The position numbers were made by a program, and so were the translations under genes. From assembly GCA_050084515.1 (NCBI GenBank), contig CM114271.1:22568001-22632000 (forward strand): DNA of 64,000 nucleotides. Reading direction: 5' to 3'. Shown piece by piece: positions 38,592-52,910 of this stretch. The notes beneath the pieces were generated by a model. It had not been told where the DNA came from and did no database searches. It saw nothing but the letters and a program-made list of their open reading frames with translations. The DNA is from Blasia pusilla (taxonomy: Eukaryota). Within the stretch, counting starts at the first letter, position 1; each line of letters starts with the position of its first letter.

Positions 38592-40560
38592 CTAAGTACA
38601 TCGAGGACAAACCCACCTTCCAGTAGGAACGACATCCAAACATGGAGTCAAACACATCATGTGCCAACCCCTAGAACACCGATCACATACCAACATACGG
38701 GCTGCGTTACCAGCAGACCCACACAACATGCACCTCAAGCTAGCAGGTATCATGGCTAAGCTTGGATCAACAGTACCATCCACATTTGGAAGATGACATG
38801 GCGCACAATTACGCACATGGTCCTTCCAAACAACTCCATCACGACCCTCCAACATGAGAACTCCAGAAGCTAACACCTCGTGGACTCGTAAAATAGTGCG
38901 GCCTACCGTCACATCCAACGTTGTCGGGGCAATCTGCTCCAAATAGACATAGTCCCCCACATGGAACCTACGAATCGATGGTCGATAATCTCCACCTCGA
39001 ATGGTTGCATACCGCAACGTATCCCTGTGTTGAGCAATGGCAAGATTCTCAAAGGCTGTTGGCATAACTCTCCGAAAGAGCTCCGCCGCTGAGAACACAT
39101 CCTCATCCACATCTCTCGGGTCATCAAGGTTCACCACCTCACTAGACTCCCAACAATTCTTCTTTGGCAAGTCCGGATCTCGGCCGTATAACGTAAAAAT
39201 AAGGTGAGAAGGAAGCCAAGGATGCTTGGCGATCGAACCTATACCCCATGGCTAACCATGGCAACCGAATATCCGGTCTCCAAGATGCCCCTTCAGAGGC
39301 CATACTTGCGCAATGCCCTCTTCACCGCCCCGAACCACACGCTCAGCCAAACCATCCTCCTCTGGATGATCTCGAGACGTGGTCCGATGATCAATCAACG
39401 CCTTGTCATACAAGACTGAAACTCACCCGAAACTCAGACTGGTCGGTCAAGACTTCAGGTGGTGCACCAAAATAACTAAGCACTCTATCCAGAAACGCAT
39501 ACGCCATTCCCTCACTCGCCTTGTCCGTAATGCCACCAACTCAATCCACTTGGAGAAGTGCTCCACCATCACCAACACATATCGATGATGCAAATGCGAC
39601 CAACGGTAACGGTCCCGCAAAGTCCACACTCCAACGGTAACCCAACCCCATAATAGGCAAGGGGTGTAATTGTGGTATAGGGGCATTAAATGATGCCCTC
39701 ACCCGGTCACAAACCATACAACGTGACACCAAGCTCGCTGCACTGAGTATGCATGCCACGCCACCAATATCGCCAAGGAGTAAGCTATACGTGACGCTTT
39801 ACCCCAAAATGTCCCAACTCCTCATGGGCATGTCGCACAATGCGCTCTCTCGAGCCAAATGTGGCACTACTCGTACTCTACCATCCTCCCACACGCGGAG
39901 AATATGTGTTCCCTCCAATCGATACCTCTTAGCACGTTGAAGAACACGGTCTCGCTCCTTGGCACTCACTATGCCTGGCACCCTCTTTTGGTCCGTAGGA
40001 ACTCCAACACCAACGCATCATCATGAATATCACGCTGATCCGTACCACCATCTCCAACCTTAGGATCTCAAGGTGGCCATCTACCCCCTCGACTAGAGTA
40101 AGATATCACGTGGTCCTCCATACTAGAGTCCACCTAACCAACATAAAAGGCGGATGCATGCCAACCCGGGCACCATCTCCTCATCAACCTCGCCATGCCA
40201 TCTAGCCCCTGTTGTATCCTCTTGGCTAGTACATGGGTTCCTACTCAACCCATGCATCAAGGTTGGCAACTCCAGGTCTATGTACCACCTGGAAGTCATA
40301 CTCCTGTAAGATAAGAGCCCACCGTGCAAGCTTCCCTGTAAGCTTGTCCGACTCCATCAACCACTTGAGCGGTTGGTGATCAGTATCAAGGGTAAACTGG
40401 GTGCCAAACAAGTAACACCTAAAGTGTGCCACAGCCCACACTACTGCCAAGCACTCTCCCTCATATGAACTATAGCGCGACTCCGCTGCATTATTCGAAC
40501 GACTTGCATAGGCCACCACAAACTCCATGTGCTCATCATCATATTGTGTCAACACCGCAG
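38592..40560 (-). pseudogene. E4 RNase H, integrase and intact PHD finger
   Basis: AYASRSNN, TDHQPLKWL, VDFAGPLP; CMLCGSAGNAARMLVCDRCSRGWHMMCLTPCLDVVPTGRWVCPRC (C4HC3). Confidence 0.9.
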
Positions 40561-40561
40561 T

Positions 40562-41598
40562 TCCTACGGTGTGTTGACACAGTTCCTACGTGCTCATAGA
40601 AGTTGTTTTGCCTTTAGCATGAAGGAGTTGGATTCTCTGGTTGGACCCGGTATACGGATTGATTTGGCTAGTGATACGCCAATCTTCCGTCGTCCCTACC
40701 GATATAGTGATATGGAGAGGACTTGATTGAGTAGGACGTTGGACCTTTTGGAGGCTGGATTAGTGGAGTTGTCGCATGGAGAGTATGCATCGCCCATTGT
40801 CATGCTCGCTAAAAAGGATATGCATGGCAACTACACGGATATGCGGATGTGTGGAGATTACCGTCCTATCAATCGGAAAACCAAGGCCGATAGGTATGCC
40901 ATGCCTACACGAGGAGATCTTTGATGTGGTGGGGACAGAAAAGATTTTCAGTACTTTGGATCTTGAGGCGAGATACCATCAATTGCCGATTCGGAGAGTG
41001 ACAAGGCCAAGAAAAGACATTTTGGGGTGTCAACTCTCATGGCAAGGATTGTTTGTACGGTGGAAATTCTTACCCTTTGGGTTGAAGAATGCACTGCCGA
41101 GTTTCAAAGAGTGATGGACAGGATCCTAGCAGGGGTTGGATTTTGTTGGTGTTACATTGATGATATCTTGGTGTTGATAACACGGTGGAGGAGCATCAGA
41201 TACATTTGCAGATGGTGTTTGAGCGGTTGAAAGCTCATGGTCTACGTTTGCATCCAGGAAAGTGTAAGTTCTTCCATGAGGATGTTGAGTACTTGGGTCA
41301 TGTGATCTATCCAGGTGGTTTGGGAGTTCAGCAAGCAAAGGTGGAGGCTATTGCACTTATTCCGCGTCCGGTAGATGTGAGTAGAGTTCGAGCATTCATG
41401 GGATTGGCGAACTACTATCGGAGGTATGTGAAGGGATTTAGTGCTATGGCAAAGCCTTTGAACCAATTGCTGAAATCAGATCAAGAGTGGCACTGGGGAG
41501 ATGATCAGGAGAGAGCTTTTGTGGAGCTTAAGGCCCAGTTGGTGGCGGCGCCTATCTTGAGGAGACCTATCAGAGGGCGCCCATTTCAGTTACACACC
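40562..41598 (+). pseudogene. E4 reverse transcriptase, inverted relative to the rest of E4
   Basis: MCGDYRPIN, LPFGLKNA, YIDDIL and FMGLANYYRR on the plus strand, between minus-strand RH and MTase. Confidence 0.85.
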
Positions 41599-41949
41599 TT
41601 GAGCGTCGTTTCTCACCTCCCGTAAGCTTGGGCCTAAGTAATGGCTCCCAAGTCTCCTCCACTAGCACACTAGAGGGAGAGGACGATGCCATTGGTCGCA
41701 TAACCCCCTCACAAGATGGTACACCCTAGCTACACCATCATCGAGCAAATAACTCCTCCACCAAAGCATGAGCAACCAACTCCACATGCCCGCCATTACA
41801 TCCCATTTACCCAAGGATGCAAAATACTACTGTTCCATCCGCTTTGTTATGCCGTGATGCCTCTACCGCCCGGGAGCCATCGAGCTCATTACAAGGGGTG
41901 GAAGACCCAAAGACATAGTCCGAAGTCGACGCTGCTCGGCCATACCAAG

Positions 41950-42850
41950 ACTCAAAATCCAAGTCAAACAATTCAGGTCCATGGCTGACCCAACACATGA
42001 CGCCGTGAAGCCTCATAAATAGAAGCAACCGATGTCACACCAAAGAGTTAAATCCCATCGCACGCTCTCTCATCGCGTTAGGCTCCACCAAGCGCCGCAC
42101 ATGAGAATCCCATACAAGTACCCGGGACCACCTTCCCCGAGGCATGTGACGCGGAAAACTCACAAATGTGGGTAGTGCCATCCTAGGTGGCCCACACGGT
42201 TCACTTGCCATGCTTGGGTGACCGATCAATAACCCTCACCACTTGAGAAAGTTCGCCAAAGATTCAAGATACTATCCACTGTAAGGCGAGGATCCATCAA
42301 CGCATCATATGCTCCGAGAACCTCCCTAGGCAACAAGTTTGTCCACCACAAGCGTGGGCGATGTGCATTGAGCGTTATTTAGGAACGCATCAACAACCGC
42401 TGGTCCAATCAAGACCGCACCTCAAAAACACCGCCATCATCCGGTCCAGTGTCACCCAACAATGGAACATTCTCGAATGTAAGCTAGAGCACGTGCTCGA
42501 TGAACCGCGGAAGATGTCGTAACACCCGTGAACATCTCCCAAAACAATCGAGACCTAGGGTCATGTAATCCCTCACCACGACCAAATCAGACGTGATGAC
42601 TGGACATGGCCATCCCATCAATCACCAAATGCAGGAAACCCTCTCAAGGTCCTGCGCCCCCAACAATGCAATGTGTGATGGTAAAGCACGCTGGTACCCA
42701 CGAATAGCTGATGGCGGCAACAACTCAGGATATCTCCGCATCAACTGACCAATATGTCGGGATGAGACTCTATGGGCCGTCTCATCTCGCTCCACATACA
42801 CGTATCTCCGCACAGGAATACCGGCCTGCAACACTGCCGCCAAACCAGTG
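41950..42850 (-). pseudogene. E4 DNMT3-like methyltransferase remnant (indel-rich)
   Basis: LAAVLQAGIPVRRYVYVE, GWPCP-like motif IV, DPRSRLFWE, ENV, HRPRLWWTNL, ERAMGF; truncated before motif I. Confidence 0.8.
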
Positions 42851-45800
42851 GAGTAGGTCTTTTTTCAACTTCTATGGAGGGATGGAATTATTTAGGGAAT
42901 TGGGGTGCTATTTAAATTTTAATTGAGGAGTGAATTAATTAATTAAGTGGAATGTTATTACTCCTTTAAGATTTAAGAAAGTGGAGATTATATTTAAATT
43001 TTGAAATGAAAAAATATTTCTAAATTATTAAAGAAAATCATTTTCATGTGCAAGAAAGAGCATGTTAACGAGTTATTGTGATAATGAGATGATCTTTCAA
43101 AGTTTGATGGTTGCAAAAGATATTTTTTACCTTACTTTTATTTTTGGATGTCAAATTTCATTCCTTAAAGATAACTCTACATACTTCTAAGATATCCATG
43201 AAGGCTTTGACATATTTTCAAAAAAAAAAAATTTTTTTTTTACTCAAGAAAAATCATGGAGTAATAAAATGGAACTGGTTTATGGTGCCCAACAAAAGGA
43301 TATCACTCCGTGCTCAACATGCATCCTTGGCATTGTTTTCACCATTTTGCTCTATGGGGAGAGAGTCGGACCTACCTATAGCTATTCAATATGATATGGT
43401 GGAGGCGTTGGTTTTGATTTTGATGTTTGCAAGCCTATTCATAAACAAAAGCGGAGTTTTTTTCAGAGAATTATGCCTATGGCATTTGAGAACTTAGCTC
43501 TTGCTGATATAGTGATACATTAAGATATCAAATCATTCGTGGAGAAGGTTATTGTCCAGGGATTGGGAGGTTCCATCTTGGAGATTATGTGTATTTATAG
43601 CAAGCGGCCCCATGCTCTAGATGTCCCTATAAAATAATTTTGAGTGTCGCAAGGTGTCACTAGGGTTGAGATTATGTGAAACATCAAAAGTCCGTGTCCA
43701 CGAGCATGTCCATGTCCGCAAGCCCGTTATACAATGTGGGCCACAACCTCCCCAAGCTCACTCACCACCAACCTCCCAAGTAGATCCAATCTCTCTCAAC
43801 ACCATAGCTCTCAAATGTGGACACTCTCACATGGCTGAATGTCAAACCTTACCCATTATCCTAATGAGAGGCTTGTGGGATTACACTCACAAGGCAATCA
43901 AGTGCATAGCTCTACGGACGCGGGTCTCATGCCAAGAGGGTTCAACAAAGAGAGAATGAGCTCTCAAGCTCTCTGTTGGAGGTATACTCGGGCCTGGTTC
44001 CCTCTCCCAGGCTCTCCAAAATCTTGGTGTAGGCTCTACTAGATCTTGCCTAGTCGGCTCAGCTAAGGGCGGGCCTTTAACAAACCAGTCCGCACTTGCA
44101 CTAGGACCGTGACGGTCCTAGTGCAAGCTTAAGCGTGGTTTGTTACAAGTTTTAGGATAGATCGGCAAGATCTAGTAGAGCGGCTTCGAAGATTTTGGAG
44201 AGAGCTTGGGAGAGGGAAGGGAGTATACCTCCAACAGAGAGAGCTTGAGAGCTCATTCTCTCTTTGTTGAACCTCTTGGCATGAGGCGGTAGAGCTATGC
44301 TCTTGCTTGCCTTGTGAGTGTAATCCAAGCCTCTCATTAGGATAATGGGTAAGGTTTGACATTCAGAGAGACATGTGAGAGTGTACACATTTGAGAGCTA
44401 TGGTGTTGAGAGAGATTGGATCTACTTGATTTACAAAGAGAGAATGGGTGAGTGAGTGAGCTTCATGGGGGAGCTTGCTGGTTTTTCAGGTTGGGGATTG
44501 TATAACTCGTGCAGCGGTTCATGGGAGTGCTCATTGGAGCAAGAGCCGCTTACTTTTGATGTTTCCTTTGCCGATTTTTTGTGTGAAAGAGTGGCGCGCG
44601 AAAGCACTACCCAATTTTTTATAGGGATTGAGCATGGGGGCGGGTTGCCCCATTTCGGTGCTCTGAGGGACATCATGTAGCTTGCTGATTTTTATTTTCA
44701 TAGGTTTTACATTTTAGTGGGAGAAATCACGTGGAACACTCAAATTTTGCATAGGAGACAAAGACATTGGGCTGCATGGGTCCCTGTTTGTTTTTGGTGG
44801 AAAATCAAATGGAGAAACCAATTTGACAAAGTCATAGATGATTTGATATCTTAATGTATCACTATACTGCTAAAGAAAAGGTTCACAATTTGGATATTGA
44901 GCACGGAGTTATGATCCTTTTGTTGCACTGCCATAGCCTTTGTTCCAAGTGTGAGTGAAAATTGAATTTTTGGGTAGAAATTCTTTCTTGAGAGGTAGTA
45001 GAGAAAAAAATCAGTTTACTTGGTGGATGGGACAAGTGAATTCAGCTATTTGGAGGTAGGGTAGTAGATCCCATTTTTGGGGCCGTTGATTTTCAATCTT
45101 AGGAGGGATTTTCTTGGTAAGGCATTCAATTTTTTTGTCAAGAGGGAGTTGTCAAGTAAGGAAAGATCTTGGAGATCCAATTTTCCTCGGGAGTTATTCT
45201 AGTTAAAAAATTAAAAAACTTAAAAATAAATAAAATAAAATTTAAGGTAGGATAATATCTTTTGCAACCATGTCAAACTTTGAAAGATCATCTCATTATC
45301 ACAATAACTTGTTAACATGCTCTTTATGCTCTATGGTCCGTCAATGATTTGAGGGTCTTTAATAATTTAGGATTTTTTTCATTTCAAAATTTAAAATAAT
45401 CTCCACTTTCTTAAATCTTAATGTAATAACATTCCATAATTAATCCATCCGACCTCAATTAAAATTTAAATAGCCCATAATTCCCTAAATAATTCCATCC
45501 CTCCATAGAAGTTGAAAAAAAGACCGGCTCCTCGTGGTTTCACGGCCGGCCATTTGCATTTTTGGATTGATGGGATAGTGTTCCATGCTTTGTTATGCGT
45601 GATTTGTAGCGCTCGGCCATAGAGTACCATCCCGACATATTGGTCGATTGAACGCCGGCCAAGATGCCACGTCGTCGCTTGTGGCCACCGCATCGTCTCG
45701 ATCGCCGAGCGAACCATCACTAGACATTGTATTGTTGTTAAGGAGGGTAGGACCTTTAGAGAGTGTCCGTGCTATTTGTGCGTTAAAATGGAGTGGCCAT

Positions 45801-48529
45801 GTACCACTAGAAGTCACCGCGTATCGAGGAGATTTGAGCATTACATGACCCTAGGTCTCGACTTGTTTTGGGAGATGCCTTCATGACCAAGTTGGGGTTT
45901 TTCAATTACTAAGGTGCGACATCAACACTTGTTGTCCGATTACCCATTATGGTCTTTTCGAGAATGCACGTGTGAGGGATTTTTTCGGTATTGGGCGTTA
46001 TTTAGGATATTGATTTTCGTGCTAATTGAGCATCATTGATATATGGGTTAGGGAACATAGACCTGTGTGGGATGTTTAGAGTTGAGGGTATGTCCTGTCG
46101 ATGAGATGATAGGACAGTAGACTATTTTCCGCACCACGCCGCTTGTTGCCGCACAACACACGTCTTAGTGAGAGAGTGTGGATTGAGTGTCGCCTGTTTA
46201 GTTGAGTGCTTGAGTGATTACTCATGAGGTTGAGAGTGATTGTGTGAGGGGGGCATGAGGGTCATCACGGCGTCCTTTCGGGACTTTGGGGGCAAGGTGG
46301 TTGACCTGAGAGTAGCTCTAGAGGGTTGACCCGGAGTGGTGCAAGGTTTCAAGAGTCTCCACGTGAGAGACCACCTCGATCTCCTTCTATGTCATCTTCA
46401 GACAAGGGGGAGAGTGTATAGGAGTGTGTTAGTGATCCACCGCACACATTGAGTGGTCCTACTAGTTGGGCGTACGAGATGGACGACCGGAGTAGAGGAC
46501 AGCGTAGGTTTTCGGGTGCTATAGGCACTATAGAGTTACACGATTTCATTGCGGAGTTTAGGAGTTGGTCTGACTGGCAACCTGGATTCAAAGATAGGTC
46601 TCTGGCACCACGAGCTCGGAGAGGATACCAGGAGACCATGCCACAGAGGCTTGCGCCTCCATATGTGGCTCAGCACTAGCCGCCTATGATTACTTGTTGG
46701 TCATGTGGTGGAGCCCATCATCAGCGCGATTGCACTCATCAGGATCATGGACGCGTGCCTCAACATGGAGGAGGAGATGGTGGTGCACCAGGAGGTTATC
46801 AGTGTGACTGTTGTCAGAGATATGGTCACACATGCACGAAGTATTTCAGCTTGTACCTTGAGTTACGTTCCGACCGAGGGCTAGAGAGAACCAAAGCCAG
46901 TTTCTGATCCAGGTGAGCCTAGAGGTCGTGCCCCAGGTGATCCTGTTGGGGGATGAGGGGTTCGATTTGCCCAAAGGGATGGTGGAGTTTCCCATGGAGG
47001 AGGTAGAGTCCCACCACCTAGACGCGTCGAGGGAGACGCTGGGCGTGAGGCTTGGATGGTTGCTCAGATACAACAACTATAGCAACAGATTGCCGCTATG
47101 GCATTGAGGTTATCCTATGCTAGATCCGTGGCATCGACGTCTTATGGAGTCGCCAGAGATATGGAGGATCTTGGTTGAATGTGCGGGGATGCCCAGATGG
47201 AGGCCGCCATAATTATTACGTGTGGAGCAGCCGCAGAGTTGGATCCACTGGGAGGGGAAGCCAAGAAACATACTAGGCTTCCTCAGTCCTTCATGTTGTC
47301 CGAGGCGATGAGGACCCCGTCGATGGGTCTTGATCAGAGTTCTCGGAGAGTTGGTGATGTTTTTGGTGTGCAGGCAGGGAGAGGAATGGGAGAAGCGAGT
47401 GCGACGACTCCTATTGCTGATGCTCAGGAGGAGCATGTATCGAGCACGTTGTTGGGGGCGGCCATTGTTGTGTTCCGCGCTCCTTTATTTTCAGCTTCCG
47501 ATGTTATGACGTTGGAAGGTATGCCCGCCGAGGTTTTTTGGCTTGCCACTACGCTATGTGAACATGGAGTTGATGTTCTTGCGTCACACTCAGGAGTGAT
47601 TGCAGAGGAGATGATGGACTTGCCCTTGGAGCTTATGATCGGGCCATCCACGTCAGATTCATGGCAGGCCGCGGTAGCTAGGATGGCAAAGATGCCCACT
47701 AGACCCGCGATAGAGTGTGCCATGGCTTCTCCTGGTGTTATGTTTCTGGATAAATGGGGATAGGTCTTCCAGTCGGTGAGTCTAAGAGGTAGAGCTTTTA
47801 GTCCGCAATGCGTCTTGTTGGATTCACGAGCGCAATCCCTAATGTTGGGGAAAGCGTCATTGAGAGGATTAGGCTTGACGAGAGCCGATGTGGAGCGTTG
47901 TCATTCCAGATCTGAGAAATCCTTGGGTGGAGCGAGTACCATAGAGTATATCACCCGATAGGAGGTCATGGTGAGGATTTTCCTTGGACACCCTACAGAT
48001 GAGTCCGTGGTGCGAGCCAAGGCGATAGTGACCAATGCAGAGTCCTACGATGTCTTGGTTGGTGGAGCAATGTTGTACCCGATGGGGTTTTCCTTGGATT
48101 ACTGGGAGGAGTTAGCATCCTATAGACCAGGGGCAGTCAGAGGATGGACGCCTGAGCTCATTACTCGTTTGATTCATAGTTGCAGTGATTGAGCCCCGGC
48201 CAAGAGAGATGGCGACCTTAGTAGCATTTAGCAACGCCATCACTAGGCCTAGTGATTTGATTGAAGGACACATCCATGCAGAGGACACTCCTATTCTTGA
48301 CATTTCTATGGAGAAGAGTGTCATGGTAGCCGCATCAGTCCATGGATGAGAGGTGCCGCTTTGGGGCTCGATTGAGGAGCTTTGATGCTTAGCCACTGAG
48401 CATGTGCATACCGCATTGAGCAAGATATTTGCACTAGAGCGTGATGGGTCATAGGAACCCAAGGTAGCAAGAAGTGCTATTATGACCCCTTAGGACACCA
48501 CCTTGATTGTGTGGTGCATCCAGAGGAGG

Positions 48530-49490
48530 GTATTAGGGTGTTGGATCTCTTTGGAGGGATTAATATTGGGTTAGCTGTTGTTTTGCAGCCAGGAGTACGC
48601 ATACAACAATACCTGTATGTGGAGATTGATGATGTTGTAAGACGCGCTTCACTTTACCATGTGGCGTAGTTACACCTCTGTTTTCCCGACTTTTTGTTTG
48701 CGTCCACTATCCAAGGATACGAAAGTTTCCCATCGGAGATATTTCATTGTAGGGGGCGCATGACTTGGAGTGGGTAGGGACCATAGACTTGGTCAGTGCT
48801 GGTTGGCCGTGTCAGGGCTAGTTGATTGCTGGACGGGGTAGCGGATTAGGTCACTCGCGATCTAAGTTGGTTTGGGAGATGATGCCAATCTTGCGATATT
48901 TACAGGAGAATCAGTCCCATTCTCCAGCATATATTTTGGAGAATGTGCCAATTTTGGGCGATTTGAGATCCTACGTGGTGACGAGTGCACATCAAGTGCG
49001 CGCATAGATTGGTGCGGTAGTGTTGTTGGATATAGTGAGTGTAGGTTCACGAGCACATTTCCCGCGTCTTTGATGGACCAACTTGGTGCCACATGAGGTT
49101 TTGTGGAGGGCGATGCAGAGTGGGCGCCCCTCGATTTTTTTGCTGGATTCTATTCTGGATCCAGGTCGTCAATCAAAGGCAGTGAGGCACGATGATGGAC
49201 CGCCGTTGACTGTGGTCAATAGTATTGGCATGCCACGCGTAGTCTTTCCCACATTTGTGAGTTTTCCTGCTTCCTATTCATTCAAGGAGGCCAGACCTAG
49301 CTTGGTTTGGGATGACCAAGTACAGAGGTTAGTGCAGCCCAACGTTGATGAGCGAGAGTGAGCGATAGGATTCCCCACAAGAGTGACGTCAGTACCTTCA
49401 CTATCAAAGGCATCACGACATCATGTCTTGGGTCAGGCAATGGACCTCAACTGCTTGACATGGATTTTCAGCTTAGGAATAGCTGAGCAG
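48530..49490 (+). pseudogene. E5 DNMT3-like methyltransferase
   Basis: IRVLDLFGGINIGLAVVLQ, YVEID, AGWPCQG, RSKLVWE, YILENVP, PRL*WTNL, VLGQAMDLNCL. Confidence 0.9.
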
Positions 49491-50463
49491 AGTCATTTTA
49501 GGATGCGACGGATCACAGCTATTGCGTTGGTGAGCCCCATGCCTACCGAGACGGTTGAGGCAATGGCTTGGGGCAAGACCTGAGGAGATTAACATACCAG
49601 GGATGATTGGGAGAGACACCCTTGGACTTCTTGGGATGTTATGCAGGTACGCCAAGAGATGGTAGCCACAACATCGAGCGTGGTTCCGGGTACTGCACAT
49701 GGAGATCATATTTTGTCAGCTGGTTGTAGGAGAGCAATCAAAATTTGGTGTTCGAGACAGGTTTGCACTATAGCAACCACCTACAGCCACTCCAGAGAGT
49801 CCTACCCTAGTCACGATGGAGACTTGGGAGCCAGACATGGGCCCTAAGATGACAAGAGGAGAGCAGCGCCTGATACATCAATTCCTGAGGAGTTATAAGA
49901 GTTGTTTTGCATTAAGCATGCAGGATTTGCGTACGTTGAAGGGTCCACGGATCCGCATTGACTTGTCGAGTGACACGCAGATCCTCCAATGACCCTACAG
50001 ATACAGTAACATGGAGAGGGCTCTGATTCAAAGTAGGAGCCAGGACTTGGTTGGAGCGGGACTAGTGGAGATGTGGCATGGAGAGTATGCATATGCCACT
50101 ATCATGCCCACCAAGAAGGATGTGCATGGCAATTGGATGGATAGGCAGATGTGTGGAGATTACCGACCTATCGATCGGCGGATGAAGTATGATAGGTATG
50201 CCATGCCCACCCGTGAGGAGATCTTTGATACGATTGGGCATGCACAGGTCTTTAATTCATTCAATTTGTGAGCCAGATACCATCAACTGCCTATGAGATT
50301 GGAGGACATGCAGAATACTTCATTTTGGAGCATCAATCCTCATGGGAAGGATTGTTTGTATAAGTGGCGGTTCTTACCATTCGGGTTAAAGAATACCCCG
50401 GATGAGTTTCAGAGGGTCATGGATAGGATCTTGGCAGGTCTTGATTTTTCTAGGTGTTATATT

Positions 50464-52910
50464 GCTCACTAGGTCATCCTCGCCCTCCTTAAACTGTCCT
50501 CCTGTATCTCCACAGGCGCTCTACTAGATCTGGCCGATCTATCCTAAAAGTCGTGACACTTGTCGTGCACATACACATTGCTACACAATATACATCACTG
50601 TCATCGAACATACACACAAACATGCATAATCCCATGCTAACTCATGAAATCCAAAAAACGAGAAAAGAAGTATCAAAATATCTCCAATCGCCCCTTAGCT
50701 AGTGGTTAGGTTCCTCTAACTCCAGATAGCCATATATCCCTACGTACCATGACATACATCTCTCGCACGCTAAGAGAAAAAAGGCCGGGTGCTCATGTGG
50801 CCCCATCGTTAGTCGCCTTCTTATCATCCATGTCACAGACACAAGTCGGAATCTATAACTATCTACTCTATTTATATCTAGGACACATCCATGGTCCCTA
50901 GTGAGAGGTGGCTTTAGACATACTATATGCACCCTCTCGAACTTCCATCATAGACTAGCATGGTGGCTACGCCACGGGCGGAACCACAAAACATACATCG
51001 CAAGCCTGCACAAACTATTGCTAAGCTCGGATCAACTGTACTGTCAATATTAGGAAGGTGACATAGGGCACAGTTACACACATGGTCCTTCTAAACCATA
51101 TCATCGCGTCCCTCGAATAAGAGAATACCATATGGCAAAATCTCATGCACTCTCAAGATGGTGCGTCCTGTAGTCACATCCAACATTATGGATGCCGTCT
51201 GCTGCAAGTAGACATAGTCTCCCTGATGAAACCTCCGGATAGTAGGTCGATAACCACCTCCCCGAATTGTCGTATACCTCAACGATGTTGCGCAATCGCC
51301 AAGTTCTCAAACGCCATGGGCATCACTCTCTGAAACAACTCAGCCCTCTGAAAACATGATCGCATCCATACATTAGGTTCATCAAGGTTCAACACCTCAC
51401 CAACATCTCGATGAATGGCCGTAGGTAAATCTAGCTCTCAGCCATAAAGCAGCAAGTACGGTCAGAAAGACGCTAAGGATGTTTGCCTGCTGAATCTGTA
51501 TTTCATCGCCAACCATGGTAAATAGAGGTCCCAATCTCCTAGGTGACCTCTCTGCAAGCCATACTTACGTAATCCTCTCTTTACCGTCTGCAGAACCCTC
51601 TCCGCTAGTCCATCCGCCTCAAGATGATCTCGCGGAGTGGTGCGGTGATCAATCAGCGCCTGATCACAGAAGGCCTGAAACTCCCAGTGAAACTATGTAC
51701 CATGGTTTGTCAACACCTCAATTGGTGCGCTTTAATGACTCAACACTCGATCTAGGAAGGCATACTCTACTCCCTCACTCGCTTTGTCAAGCAATGCAAC
51801 CAACTCTATCCACTTCGAGAAGTGCTCGACCATCACCAACACATAACGACTATGGCGCTCCATCAAAGGCAAAAGTCATGCAAAATCCAAACTCCATCTA
51901 TAACCTAAACCCATGATTGGAAGCGAATGCAATTGTGGAGTCGGAGCATTGAACGATGCTTGGACTTGATTCCACACCATGCACCTCGCAACAAACTGCT
52001 GAACATCAGTTTGCATGCCTCCCCACCAATAGTGTATCTGGAGCAAGTTGTACATCTGCTTCACTCCAAAATGATCCAACTCCTTGTAGGCATGATGCAC
52101 CAAACATGCTCTCTGCAAAGGATGAGGCACTACACTCACTCTACCATCCTCCCAAACTCGCAACACATGTGTCCTCTCCCATTGGAACCATCTGGCTTGC
52201 TGTAGGATCGGATCCCGCTCTTTAGCATCCCTTTGTGCTTTAATCCGCTAGTACGCAGGTACTCCAAGACCGTTCCATCGTCGTGAATATCTCGGCCACT
52301 TGTCATTTCCTCATTGGCCTCTAGATCTAAGGACTCTCCATCAAGCCCTGCCATCAAAGTCTTAGCAATTTGGCTCTCCATAGCCACCAAGCCCAAATAG
52401 GCTGACGTGTGCCATCCTGGCACCAACTCCTCATCACCCTCACCATGCCAACAAGCTCCAATCGCATCTTGCTGATTCAATCATGGGTTAGGGCTCAAAC
52501 CATATGCATCTTGGTTGAGCATCCCAAGTCTATGCACCACCTAGAAGTCATACTCCTACAACAAAAGAGCCCCTTACAAGCTTCCCTGTAAGCTTTTCGG
52601 ACTCCATCAACCACTTAAGTGGTTGATGAAGAGTAATGATGGTGAAGGGATTTCTGAATAGATAACACCTTAAATGTGCAATAGCCCACACCGCAGCCAA
52701 GCACTCATCCTCATACGAGCTATATTTTGCCTCTCTGGCGTTCTTGGCGACTAGCGTAAGCCATCACGAACTCTCTACCATCATCGTCATGCTGAGTGAG
52801 CACGGCTCCAATCTCTAACATGCTCCCATTGGTATACAATTGGAAAGGATGCCCGTGATTGGTCTCCTCTATATGGGCGCGGACGTCAATCTGTCCTTGA
52901 GTAACTTGCG
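50464..52910 (-). pseudogene. E5 inverted segment: RNase H, integrase, PHD, purine tract, B1 and start of A2
   Basis: Minus-strand AYASR, WSLDFA and GGYRPTIRRF; B1 50561-50688, junction GCACGACA-ag-TGTCACG at 50558-50561; A2 resumes on the plus strand at about 52915. Confidence 0.85.

Noticed and set aside
45540-45890. A fifth independent methyltransferase copy
   Set aside because: It is the mirror image of 42540-42850 within the fold-back and may be artefactual.
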